Source: Promethearchaeum syntrophicum
GTDB lineage: Archaea > Asgardarchaeota > Lokiarchaeia > Sigyniarchaeales > Promethearchaeaceae
NCBI RefSeq assembly: GCF_008000775.2
Contig: NZ_CP042905.2
Span: 3,540,001-3,572,000 of the forward strand
Reading direction: 5' to 3'
Length of the DNA stretch: 32,000 nucleotides
Below the pieces are notes generated by a model, which was given only the letters and a program-made list of their open reading frames with translations, ran no database searches and was not told where the DNA came from. Positions 9,342 to 17,439 of this stretch are shown here, piece after piece; positions within the stretch are counted from its first letter, which is position 1; each line of letters starts with the position of its first letter. The position numbers and the translations under genes are program-made.

Positions 9342-10340
9342 ATGATGAAAGGTCCAAAAAAAAAAAAAATCTTAGCAGGATCATTATTAGTATTAATCAG
9401 CTCAAGCATAATCCTTACAATTATAATCTCCAACAACTCTAATTATGAATATCAAGAGATTGGAAGCATTGAAATGGGAAATGAAGTCTTTCAAGTTAAA
9501 GTTATAGATGATATTGCATATATCATTGTTGGAAATCCACTAGGATTAGCAATTGTTAATGTTAGCAAACCAAATCAGCCTGAATTATTAAGTAATTATT
9601 ATGGGGGAGGAGCTGCGCAATTCGTAGATATTTCTGGAGATATTGCCTATATTGCTAATAGATTTGAAGGTCTGGAAATTGTTAATGTCTCAGATCCGAC
9701 ATCCCCTGTTAGAATTTCCCATTATAAGCCAGAATATGATATCTTTGATGTTAAAATCAATGGAAACATAGCCTATCTAGCATGCTGGAACGATGGAGTC
9801 GAGATAATTGATATAAGTGTTCCAAATAATCCCATTTTTTTATCGTCTTACATGTTAAATTGTGTTAGCATGCAATTGGTATTTGATAATGATTTAATTT
9901 ATGCTGTATCTCATTGTGCTGATTATAGTGGTTTGCAAGTAATTAATGTAAGTAATCCAAGCACCCCACAATTCGTGGGATCTTATGACGATGTTGATGT
10001 GGACTTATGGATCCCGATTATTGAAGATAATTATCTATACGCTCCAGATCACGGTGGATCGGGCTCAGTCCAAGTATTAGACATTAGTAATCCTCAAAAT
10101 ATTGTTAAATTTGACGAAATCACAATATGTCATCATTCTCAACGAATATTTATCAATGAAAATCATCTCTATATTGCTGACAGTGCTAAAGGAATTTTAA
10201 CTTTGGATCTCGATACTTTTGAACAATTAGGTAGATATGATGACGGGAGTGAATCTTTTGATGTTGTATATCAAGAAGGTCTGATTTATTTATTAGATTA
10301 TGATTGGGGACTTAAAATTATTCAAGTTTCCGAAACATGA
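9342..10340 (+). CDS. LVIVD-repeat beta-propeller protein with N-terminal membrane anchor
   Basis: Repeated GLAIVNVSKPNQPELLSNY / GLEIVNVSDPTSPVRISHY / GVEIIDISVPNNPIFLSSY / GLQVINVSNPSTPQFVGSY / VQVLDISNPQNIVKF, plus N-terminal KKKILAGSLLVLISSSIILTIII. Confidence 0.9.
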   Translation: MMKGPKKKKILAGSLLVLISSSIILTIIISNNSNYEYQEIGSIEMGNEVFQVKVIDDIAYIIVGNPLGLAIVNVSKPNQPELLSNYYGGGAAQFVDISGDIAYIANRFEGLEIVNVSDPTSPVRISHYKPEYDIFDVKINGNIAYLACWNDGVEIIDISVPNNPIFLSSYMLNCVSMQLVFDNDLIYAVSHCADYSGLQVINVSNPSTPQFVGSYDDVDVDLWIPIIEDNYLYAPDHGGSGSVQVLDISNPQNIVKFDEITICHHSQRIFINENHLYIADSAKGILTLDLDTFEQLGRYDDGSESFDVVYQEGLIYLLDYDWGLKIIQVSET

Positions 10341-10383
10341 TCATTTCAAAATAAGAAAAAAAAAGGAAATCTATAAAAAAAGT

Positions 10384-11145
10384 TTATACTTCTGTAGAAT
10401 GACTTCCATTGATTACCTTTACATTTGAGATATACTCAATTTTCTTCAATTCTCCCAGAAATTTCGATTTTGAAGTAAAATCATCAGCCACTTCTTTTTC
10501 GTTTTTGAAAGATAATAGTTTCAATTTCTTTTTAAAGGTAATTATGAAACTTATGCGATTTTTTTCTTCATCAATAGAATCCACACTTAAAATGGAATAA
10601 TATTTGAGGTTTTTCGTAAATATTGGAGATAAAACTTGAGAATAATCATATTTGATAGGTATGTTTAATTCTAAGATATCTTGGGCTAAGCCTTTTTGGC
10701 CAAATTGTGATGAATACATGAAAAATAACATTAAACATCCAATTAATGTAAAGAATAGAGCAAGTGCATAAAAACGAGTTCCACATGCCATTCCAACCGC
10801 CATGATGAAAAATATAAAGCCAACGTCCCGCGTGTCTTTGATTGCATTTCGAAATCTAACTATAGATAATGCCCCGACTAATGTGAAAGCTCTAGCAATA
10901 TCCGTTCCCACAATTAACATAACAATCGAAACTACCACACCCAATAACACGAGAGTTTGAGTAAAACTTTGGGAGTAGGAAATTCCCTTATGGGTTCCGC
11001 GATATGTAATAGACACTATCATTGAGAGGGATATACTCCAAAATAGAACAATAATTGCATCGGAAAATGTAAGTGAACTTACTTCCGGACTGAAAGTTAA
11101 AAACGAATCTTCAAAAAATTTCTCTATAAATCCTGTTTGTATCAT
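10384..11145 (-). CDS. DUF4956 domain-containing membrane protein
   Basis: TYRGTHKGISYSQSFTQTLVLLGVVVSIVMLIVGTDIARAFTLVGALSIVRFRNAIKDTRDVGFIFFIMAVGMACGTRFY, the characteristic DUF4956 core. Confidence 0.92.
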   Translation of the reverse strand: MIQTGFIEKFFEDSFLTFSPEVSSLTFSDAIIVLFWSISLSMIVSITYRGTHKGISYSQSFTQTLVLLGVVVSIVMLIVGTDIARAFTLVGALSIVRFRNAIKDTRDVGFIFFIMAVGMACGTRFYALALFFTLIGCLMLFFMYSSQFGQKGLAQDILELNIPIKYDYSQVLSPIFTKNLKYYSILSVDSIDEEKNRISFIITFKKKLKLLSFKNEKEVADDFTSKSKFLGELKKIEYISNVKVINGSHSTEV

Positions 11146-11207
11146 TATTTTTCACTGTTTTTGTTTTTTATTTTTTATAATTTGACTTTTTCTTGTTAAA
11201 AAAAATG

Positions 11208-11960
11208 CTATAATAAGCAATACGATACCGTTTTCACTCCACTTGCAAATTTCGATATTTTTTGTTGTACACAATTATTTGCTTGGACGATTTTGATTGC
11301 CCATTTAGGAATAATATTATTAAATTTCACTTCCATCACGCATTGAGTTTGGGGAATAATTAATTTAGATCTTTCAGCACTAAATTGAAGGAGATCAAAA
11401 TTAGTTCGGGAGACTCGAAGATTCGTATCAAAAGTCACACGGAAATTTTTCTCGAAGATTCCTGTTAATGCTTGTCGCTTGTATGAAATGGCACACACGG
11501 GTTTTAAATTGAATCTTTTTTTGAGATACCAAATTTCTTCAAGAATATTTCTGTCAGTTATTGAAGATTTTTGATACAATTCGGATGCAATTTTCGAATT
11601 TCCGTCAATAATCTGAAACACATGTCTGGCGGGGACTAAAATTCGTGCCTTAGATACATTTTCATTGATTTTACGTTTGATTTCAATAAATATGTAATCT
11701 TGACCTCCCTGTTTAGAATTAGGATAATATCTTATTCGCAATTTTTTACGATATTTTACTCCATTTACTTTCTCATAATAAGCTTTTCGCTGGGGGGAAT
11801 CAAAATAGAGACTTCGAATCTCATAATCTAAATTAAGTTGAATATATTTATCCGGATTCATGAATCCCCTCAGATATCCTACCAATCTGTCTCGTTCTCC
11901 CATTGAAATCGGATATTTGATTTCAAATCGTTTAAAATATTTTCGCACCATTTTAATCAT
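11208..11960 (-). CDS. VTC-like polyphosphate polymerase domain protein
   Basis: KRFEIKYPIS, YEIRSLYFDSPQRKAYYEKVNGVKYRKKLRIRYY, DYIFIEIKRKINENVSKAR, AISYKRQALTG, RVTFDTNLRV, CVMEVKFNN. Confidence 0.9.
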   Translation of the reverse strand: MIKMVRKYFKRFEIKYPISMGERDRLVGYLRGFMNPDKYIQLNLDYEIRSLYFDSPQRKAYYEKVNGVKYRKKLRIRYYPNSKQGGQDYIFIEIKRKINENVSKARILVPARHVFQIIDGNSKIASELYQKSSITDRNILEEIWYLKKRFNLKPVCAISYKRQALTGIFEKNFRVTFDTNLRVSRTNFDLLQFSAERSKLIIPQTQCVMEVKFNNIIPKWAIKIVQANNCVQQKISKFASGVKTVSYCLL

Positions 11961-14614
11961 TCACTTCCTAGATTTTCTTCCATTTCTGGTATATTTTCCT
12001 TCGATTCCATACTTATCGCAGGAGTTGTTAACCAAAATTGACCATTATCTTTATCCTGAACTTTTTTGTGAATCACATTTATCAATACAATTAATCCTAT
12101 CAACCCTCCAATAAAGACATAAAAGAATCCAGTTTCCACAGAAGATGTTTGCACTATCTCCAAATTAGAATTTTCGTATCCAGGAGTTGGAGTAGAGATA
12201 TGTTCCTCCCAATTCTCACTCCCATCAGGGATTCTTCCTAAGGAAAAATCTTGAATTGTATCCGAATAAGAGATCCAATCAATAATTGAACTGCCATCAT
12301 TTGATATTAAGCAAATATCTTCTCCATTTCCACTTAATTTGAAACTGGAATGTAAATTTTCTTGATCCAAATCCCCATCTGCCCAAATTACAAGAAAAGA
12401 TTCTGCTTCGATAATTGCGTTTTCCGGAAATTGCCAAACAAATGGATCATGAGCATTATCCGTTAAATATAAGCCCCCTAAATCAAGTGAAATATTTGCA
12501 GAATTATATAACTCGATCCAATCAGGAAAATCCCCCAAATCATCTGGATCTTCCACAGCATTTTCATTTTCTGCCATTATTTCATTGATATAAAGTGTGG
12601 TGGGTAGTTTAATCTCCATTTCATCCTCACAATTTGAAGCATTCGGTGTAGGAAAATCACTCATTTCTTGCCATATACCATCTCCATCAGGATATTTTCC
12701 ATAAGAGATATTCTCATTCAGGCTTGTATAATCAACTTTATCAACCAGAATCATTGAGCCTTCATTAGATTCCATGAAGAGAAAGATTTGCCCTCCTTCT
12801 TGTTGAAGTGTAAATGATAGATGTTTCAATCCCTCTTCTGTTTCATTATCTGCCCATACCAAATAAGTATCCCCGTCCTCTAAAATATCATCAGGAAATT
12901 CCCATTTGTTTGGTTCCTCAAATTTATCAGTTAAATATAGATTTTTTAATGAAACTGTGCCAGGTCCAAGATTATAGATCTCAATCCAAGAATCAAAATC
13001 ACCATTTTCATCAGCAATTACTCCTTGATTCAAAGACATAATCTCATTGAATTGCATATCGCTTTGGGAGGCATAGGAATCAAGTATCGTTGAGAGATAG
13101 GTTGATCGGATTTCCACAAAACTTTCCAAACCAAAAATATTATTTTGATTTGGATAACCGTCTGTCAAAGTCATTTCAAATTGCTCGTTAGTAAAAAGCT
13201 GATTAGGATCAGCATAAAAATCTTCTCTAATTAAATCAGCAAAGATTTCAATTTGATCTGACATAAATTCCTGATTAAATCCATCCCGAATCATTTCAGC
13301 AAGAATTCTTGTATAGGTCTGATTGTAGGAATCGATTTCTAACAAACGTTCAAACAATGGACGCTCTGTCCCCAAATTTGCGAATTCCCCTTGTTGACTA
13401 TCAGGTTCTTCTGTAGTATCTACACTACGAGGTGGAGGAGGACCATCAGGTATATCCATGGAAGTGGAAGAAGGAGTCCAATAAGGATCAATCAATCGAA
13501 CATTTTGTCCTTCTTCAACTCCAAATGTGAATCTACCAAAAGCCTCATTTGAATCCCACAAAATATGCTTGAACAATCCAGTTTCATCACTTTCATAAAG
13601 GTAGAAGTTATGTGCAGACCCAAGATATGAGTCCAAACTGGCGAAAAGATTTAATAAAGCCATACAATAGAGTGTATCATTCACATCAAGGATTTTTTCA
13701 ATCTCTTCTTGGAAATCTTCAGTTGGGGTATTTGTGAGAACATCTGTTAGTTTTATCAAACTTGAAAAATCATTTTCATATTCATTTGTTTTCAATTCAT
13801 AATTGGTAGAATATAGACTCTCACTCTCACCTAAATAAGTTAAAGTTCCTGCACTTTCAGCCCTAAAAAGATTCCCATCTTCTTTACTTCCATAACGACT
13901 TTCAACAAATTCGTCATCTATTTGCTCTATTGCAGTAAATAATCCATAATATTCATCATTTACATAAACTCTAGTATATACGCATCTTACGGTGCTAACA
14001 TAATTACTGGCAAAATCCCAGAACAATTTTTCACGCAACATTGTGGGATCCAAATATCCATTGTTTAAATTGAGCTTTTTTAGTCCATAGAAGTCTATTT
14101 CTTGATTATAGTAATTAAAATCAATACGGAACGATTTTTTATATGTATTACTCATAAACGAGGAATGTCCTTTAAAATTAATACCAATGGGATCAATCTC
14201 AATATCATCATATACAAATTTTGCTGGAAAATAAGGATCATCAGAATCATAGGCGTGTCCATCATAGAGTTGGTCATACCAATCTTCATCCTCAAAATAC
14301 AAGTTGATCTCATGCACATAGGAATCATCGAAGAAGGGTTCGGCAACATCGTACAAAGTAGAGACTTGTTCAAAACCCTTTGTACTTGTCTCGGTAGATG
14401 TAATTTCACTCGAACTTATGGTTGATTCAATACACTCACTTATACCCGTAATCTCACTTAAATTGGAACTTTCACTTACAGTCGCTGAATTGTTCATTGT
14501 ATATAGCGATGCAGTATTCCAAATATTTGCTAAAATTACCAAAAAGAATAAAACACTTATTATTTGCTTGAATTTCATTCTTTTTATGAACTGTTGTACT
14601 TTATTATATTTCAT
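11957..14614 (-). CDS. CotH-like kinase domain protein with two lamin-tail domains and C-terminal TM anchor
   Basis: CotH-like: IGINFKGHSSFMSNTYKKSFRIDFNYY, LKKLNLNNGYLDPTMLREKLFWDFA, VYVNDEYYGLFTAIEQIDDEFVESRYG, LYESDETGLFKHILWDSNEAFGRF. LTD1: QFNEIMSLNQGVIADENGDFDSWIEIYNLG (about 13058-12640). LTD2: LYINEIMAENENAVEDPDDLGDFPDWIELYN (about 12600-12150). C-terminal FFYVFIGGLIGLIVLINVIHKK. Confidence 0.92.
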   Translation of the reverse strand: MKYNKVQQFIKRMKFKQIISVLFFLVILANIWNTASLYTMNNSATVSESSNLSEITGISECIESTISSSEITSTETSTKGFEQVSTLYDVAEPFFDDSYVHEINLYFEDEDWYDQLYDGHAYDSDDPYFPAKFVYDDIEIDPIGINFKGHSSFMSNTYKKSFRIDFNYYNQEIDFYGLKKLNLNNGYLDPTMLREKLFWDFASNYVSTVRCVYTRVYVNDEYYGLFTAIEQIDDEFVESRYGSKEDGNLFRAESAGTLTYLGESESLYSTNYELKTNEYENDFSSLIKLTDVLTNTPTEDFQEEIEKILDVNDTLYCMALLNLFASLDSYLGSAHNFYLYESDETGLFKHILWDSNEAFGRFTFGVEEGQNVRLIDPYWTPSSTSMDIPDGPPPPRSVDTTEEPDSQQGEFANLGTERPLFERLLEIDSYNQTYTRILAEMIRDGFNQEFMSDQIEIFADLIREDFYADPNQLFTNEQFEMTLTDGYPNQNNIFGLESFVEIRSTYLSTILDSYASQSDMQFNEIMSLNQGVIADENGDFDSWIEIYNLGPGTVSLKNLYLTDKFEEPNKWEFPDDILEDGDTYLVWADNETEEGLKHLSFTLQQEGGQIFLFMESNEGSMILVDKVDYTSLNENISYGKYPDGDGIWQEMSDFPTPNASNCEDEMEIKLPTTLYINEIMAENENAVEDPDDLGDFPDWIELYNSANISLDLGGLYLTDNAHDPFVWQFPENAIIEAESFLVIWADGDLDQENLHSSFKLSGNGEDICLISNDGSSIIDWISYSDTIQDFSLGRIPDGSENWEEHISTPTPGYENSNLEIVQTSSVETGFFYVFIGGLIGLIVLINVIHKKVQDKDNGQFWLTTPAISMESKENIPEMEENLGSE

Positions 14615-14710
14615 TTTCTCTTCCTATTAAAACGAAAATAACTTTTTTAATTCCAAATTGAAGGAATAAAAAGGTCTAAATAGGAGAAAATGACTAGAAT
14701 TAATAAGTGG

Positions 14711-14752
14711 TTTTAGAACAAAGGTCAATTCTGTGTTACCTTTGTTCTCAAA
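14711..14752. promoter_or_regulatory. near-perfect inverted repeat (possible operator or 5'-leader hairpin)
   Basis: TTTTAGAACAAAGGT-CAATTCTGTGTT-ACCTTTGTTCTCAAA: 11 contiguous complementary bp, one mismatch, then 3 more bp. It lies in the divergent intergenic region between the CotH operon and the wHTH gene, downstream of TATA-like CTAAATAG. Confidence 0.65.
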
Positions 14753-14782
14753 GAATTCAAATACATCAAAGTGATTAAATCA

Positions 14783-15103
14783 ATGGCTCCTTCAAAGTAT
14801 CGATCTACTAATATGATCATTCAAAAAATCTTGGAAGGTATTTTAAGAGCCGATATCAATCACACCTTAATAAAAAAAGGGATTATTAAATCTCATCTTA
14901 TTAAATACTGTGCTTTAAAGGCCAGTACCGCTGAAAAATATTTACTAAAAATGATAAATGCAGGATATATCATTTCTCATGATGAATCATGGGGAGAACG
15001 GAAAATCTCAATCGTAGAAATTACAAATAAAGGAAAAGAACGATACAAATGGTTTGTTATGTTGAATTTAGAATTAGAAGAATCTAAAAATAAGGAAGAC
15101 TAA
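14783..15103 (+). CDS. winged-helix transcriptional regulator (ArnR1-like wHTH)
   Basis: MAPSKYRSTNMIIQKILEGILRADINHTLIKKGIIKSHLIKYCALKASTAEKYLLKMINAGYIISHDE...VEITNKGKERYKWF. The tracked GTG start is 14771; the ATG at 14783 is more likely. Confidence 0.82.
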   Translation: MAPSKYRSTNMIIQKILEGILRADINHTLIKKGIIKSHLIKYCALKASTAEKYLLKMINAGYIISHDESWGERKISIVEITNKGKERYKWFVMLNLELEESKNKED

Positions 15104-15106
15104 ATC

Positions 15107-15862
15107 TTGTCGAAATCAATCAAATCCCAACAAAATGGGCAGGAAAATACAATCGGAAAATTTTATCAAGATATTGAAACCAATGGTTTAAAATATATCC
15201 AAAAACAAAAACAATATCTGATCTTGACAGCTATTTTCCCTATTTATGCGATTATTATTCAAATTTTTAATTTATTTGCAATTTTAAATCGGATTCCCCT
15301 CCCCCCTCCAAATCAACCAGGCATTCCTGTCTTAGAACCCCGAAGTTTATATGAAATTTTGACTCCTGTTATTATATTTCTTGTGATTTCTTCCTTTGCG
15401 CTTTTAAAGTTCATATTTCTCTGTATTTGGAAGAAAAAAGTTCACCAATATGAACACTATAAAGGGTTGATTAAAAGTGAAGAAATAAGTGATGTAAACA
15501 AAAAAAATACTCCATCTATAACACTAACTCAGTTATTTTATGACATTGTAGCCCACATGCAACGTGTTCGGGTGATTTTTATCTTATTGAACATAGTCTT
15601 TATTCTATATATTCAGTGGTCCATCGGTTTTTTACTAACTTTTTTTGGAGTTACCACCAATCCAAACCCTCCACCCGTCGATATATTTCATTTATTAAAT
15701 GCTATAGGGGAATTTGGTCTAATATTTTATATGTTATTTGAATGGATTCATTTTACAAAGTGGAATAGAAAAATTCGAAATCTTGTGAAATTTGAGAAAA
15801 AAATCTATAATGAAATCGAAGGAGTTAATGGATTAGATGTCGATGATAGGACCATTACCTGA
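15107..15862 (+). CDS. integral membrane protein, probably co-transcribed with upstream wHTH
   Basis: TTG start (MSKSIKSQQNGQ) 3 nt after the wHTH stop. Four hydrophobic segments, e.g. YLILTAIFPIYAIIIQIFNLFAIL, LTPVIIFLVISSFALLKFIFLCIW, VRVIFILLNIVFILYIQWSIGFLLTFF. Confidence 0.75.
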   Translation: MSKSIKSQQNGQENTIGKFYQDIETNGLKYIQKQKQYLILTAIFPIYAIIIQIFNLFAILNRIPLPPPNQPGIPVLEPRSLYEILTPVIIFLVISSFALLKFIFLCIWKKKVHQYEHYKGLIKSEEISDVNKKNTPSITLTQLFYDIVAHMQRVRVIFILLNIVFILYIQWSIGFLLTFFGVTTNPNPPPVDIFHLLNAIGEFGLIFYMLFEWIHFTKWNRKIRNLVKFEKKIYNEIEGVNGLDVDDRTIT

Positions 15863-16486
15863 AATTAAATTAGATTGAAAATGAGAAACTGAATTAAATA
15901 AATGTAATTGAAACTTTTGTAAATTTTGATTATAATGAAGACGCGTAATGCTACAATTATATATTGGATTTCCTAAATGAAATCGGTTTCCAAATGGAAT
16001 TCCCAGTAGACCACATAAAAGAACCCTTATTATTCCTCCATGAGCTACAATCAATGCACGCTTTGGTTGTTCTTCAATAATTGCCTTAATAGAAGGTAAA
16101 AGTCTACCGTAAGCAGTTTCTCCATTTTCTCCTTGGGGATAATAAAAATCTTCATTCCGATTGCAATATTTCTCATAGATATCTGGTGCTATTTTTGAAA
16201 AATTATTCCATCCTTGAGTTTCTAATAATCCAAAATGCAATTCTCGAAGTTCTTTTCTGAATTCAACTGATTTACCAAGAATTTTAGATATAATCGAAGC
16301 AGTCTGTTTTGTTCTTAATGTATCACTAGCATATATATTGCTGATCCTGTTGTTTTTAAGAAACTTTCCTGTAATTTCAGCTTGTTTTTTTCCAAGATCT
16401 GTCAATGGAGGATCGCTTCGTTTAAGATCTGGATTATAATCAATTATTTTTTTTTTATTTCCGTGTCTTACTAAAATTAATTCCAT
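15833..16486 (-). CDS. histidine phosphatase (phosphoglycerate mutase-like) family protein
   Basis: MELILVRHGNKKK, LTDLGKKQAE, IYASDTLRTKQTA, LRELHFGLLETQGW, ALIVAHGGIIRVLL. Confidence 0.9.
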   Translation of the reverse strand: MELILVRHGNKKKIIDYNPDLKRSDPPLTDLGKKQAEITGKFLKNNRISNIYASDTLRTKQTASIISKILGKSVEFRKELRELHFGLLETQGWNNFSKIAPDIYEKYCNRNEDFYYPQGENGETAYGRLLPSIKAIIEEQPKRALIVAHGGIIRVLLCGLLGIPFGNRFHLGNPIYNCSITRLHYNQNLQKFQLHLFNSVSHFQSNLISGNGPIIDI

Positions 16487-16637
16487 AATCCTTTACTCCT
16501 AATATTAAACTAATCTGCGTTTCTTTTTAAATTTCCTAAATTCTTCTAAATATTTAAAATTTGAACAAATTATGTTAATATCCGATATAAATGTGGAAAA
16601 TGTTTATTATAATTTGATTAACTTCTCTTAAATTGAT

Positions 16638-16654
16638 TTGTCCGCAATGGACAA
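16638..16654. promoter_or_regulatory. palindromic operator-like site 1
   Basis: TTGTCC-GCAAT-GGACAA. Its core 14-mer GTCCGCAATGGACA (16640-16653) nearly matches site 2 and sits directly upstream of TATA-like TTTAAATA (16657-16664). Confidence 0.6.
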
Positions 16655-16691
16655 CATTTAAATAGTTGTTATACTTCTATATTATTAGAAA

Positions 16692-16705
16692 GTCCGCATC
16701 GGACA
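16692..16705. promoter_or_regulatory. palindromic operator-like site 2
   Basis: GTCCG-CAT-CGGAC-A differs from site 1 at 2 of 14 positions. Sites are 52 bp apart (start to start), and site 2 ends 10 bp before the ATG at 16716. Confidence 0.6.
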
Positions 16706-16715
16706 GTGAAAAAAA

Positions 16716-17432
16716 ATGAATGAAAAATCAGAAAAAAATGGAGAAAGGAAGAGAAGTCATAGAATGTATGACCCAGATCATCCACGTCCAATGAAACATA
16801 CTCATATGCGTCATAAAAGGTTTCCTCGAAGATTTATGTTAGATAGGATGGAACCACATATGATGCGCCGAGATCATATTTATAGAGAAATGAAAGATTT
16901 ATTTATACTCTCTGCTTTAGATGAAAAAAAAGAAGGTCTATCTGGGACTCAACTCCAAGATTTGCATGAATTACCAAGAGGAAATTTGATGCGAAGTTTA
17001 GTTGAACTAGAAAACCGAGAGTTGATTGAAAAAAACAATGAAAAAATCTATAAAATTACTGAGAAAGGGCAAGGTTTTCTTGAAGAACTTAAGGGAAAAA
17101 TCGCTGAAAGAAATATAATAATAGATGATATTGCTCCAATGGAAAGGTATGCAAATCCACTTCGTCGAAATCATCATCGTGAACGTTTGATTTACGATTT
17201 AGAATTATTAAAGGATAAAGAAGAATTAATTGATTATTTTCGTGGGATGAGAGCTAGAATAACAAGACATAGAAATCATCTAGAACATCGGTTAAAAAAA
17301 ATCGATATAGATAAAAAAGAATTAGATGATTTGATTCAACAGATCGAGTCAGCTGATGAATCTTCAATTGATGAAGTTAAGGAAAAAATAAGAGAAAAGT
17401 TTAAAAAAAAAAAGAATTCATCTTCCAGATGA
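16716..17432 (+). CDS. PadR/MarR-like winged-helix regulator with His/Met/Arg-rich N-terminus
   Basis: HIYREMKDLFILSALDEKKEGLSGTQLQDLHELPRGNLMRSLVELENRELIEKNNEKIYKITEKGQGFLEELKG. N-terminal HPRPMKHTHMRHKRFPRRFMLDRMEPHMMRRDH. Confidence 0.78.
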   Translation: MNEKSEKNGERKRSHRMYDPDHPRPMKHTHMRHKRFPRRFMLDRMEPHMMRRDHIYREMKDLFILSALDEKKEGLSGTQLQDLHELPRGNLMRSLVELENRELIEKNNEKIYKITEKGQGFLEELKGKIAERNIIIDDIAPMERYANPLRRNHHRERLIYDLELLKDKEELIDYFRGMRARITRHRNHLEHRLKKIDIDKKELDDLIQQIESADESSIDEVKEKIREKFKKKKNSSSR

Positions 17433-17439
17433 AGATAAA

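Noticed and set aside
9462-10330. Repeat-like signal in the LVIVD gene as a DNA tandem repeat
   Set aside because: Repetition is at protein level (beta-propeller blades), with diverged nucleotides; not a DNA repeat or CRISPR.
12150-13058. Lamin-tail domains as evidence for nuclear-lamina-like proteins
   Set aside because: LTDs are common in bacterial and archaeal exported proteins, including with CotH; no coiled-coil lamin rod is present.
15833-15862. 30-bp convergent overlap of the membrane-protein and histidine phosphatase genes
   Set aside because: Short tail-to-tail overlaps are ordinary in compact genomes.
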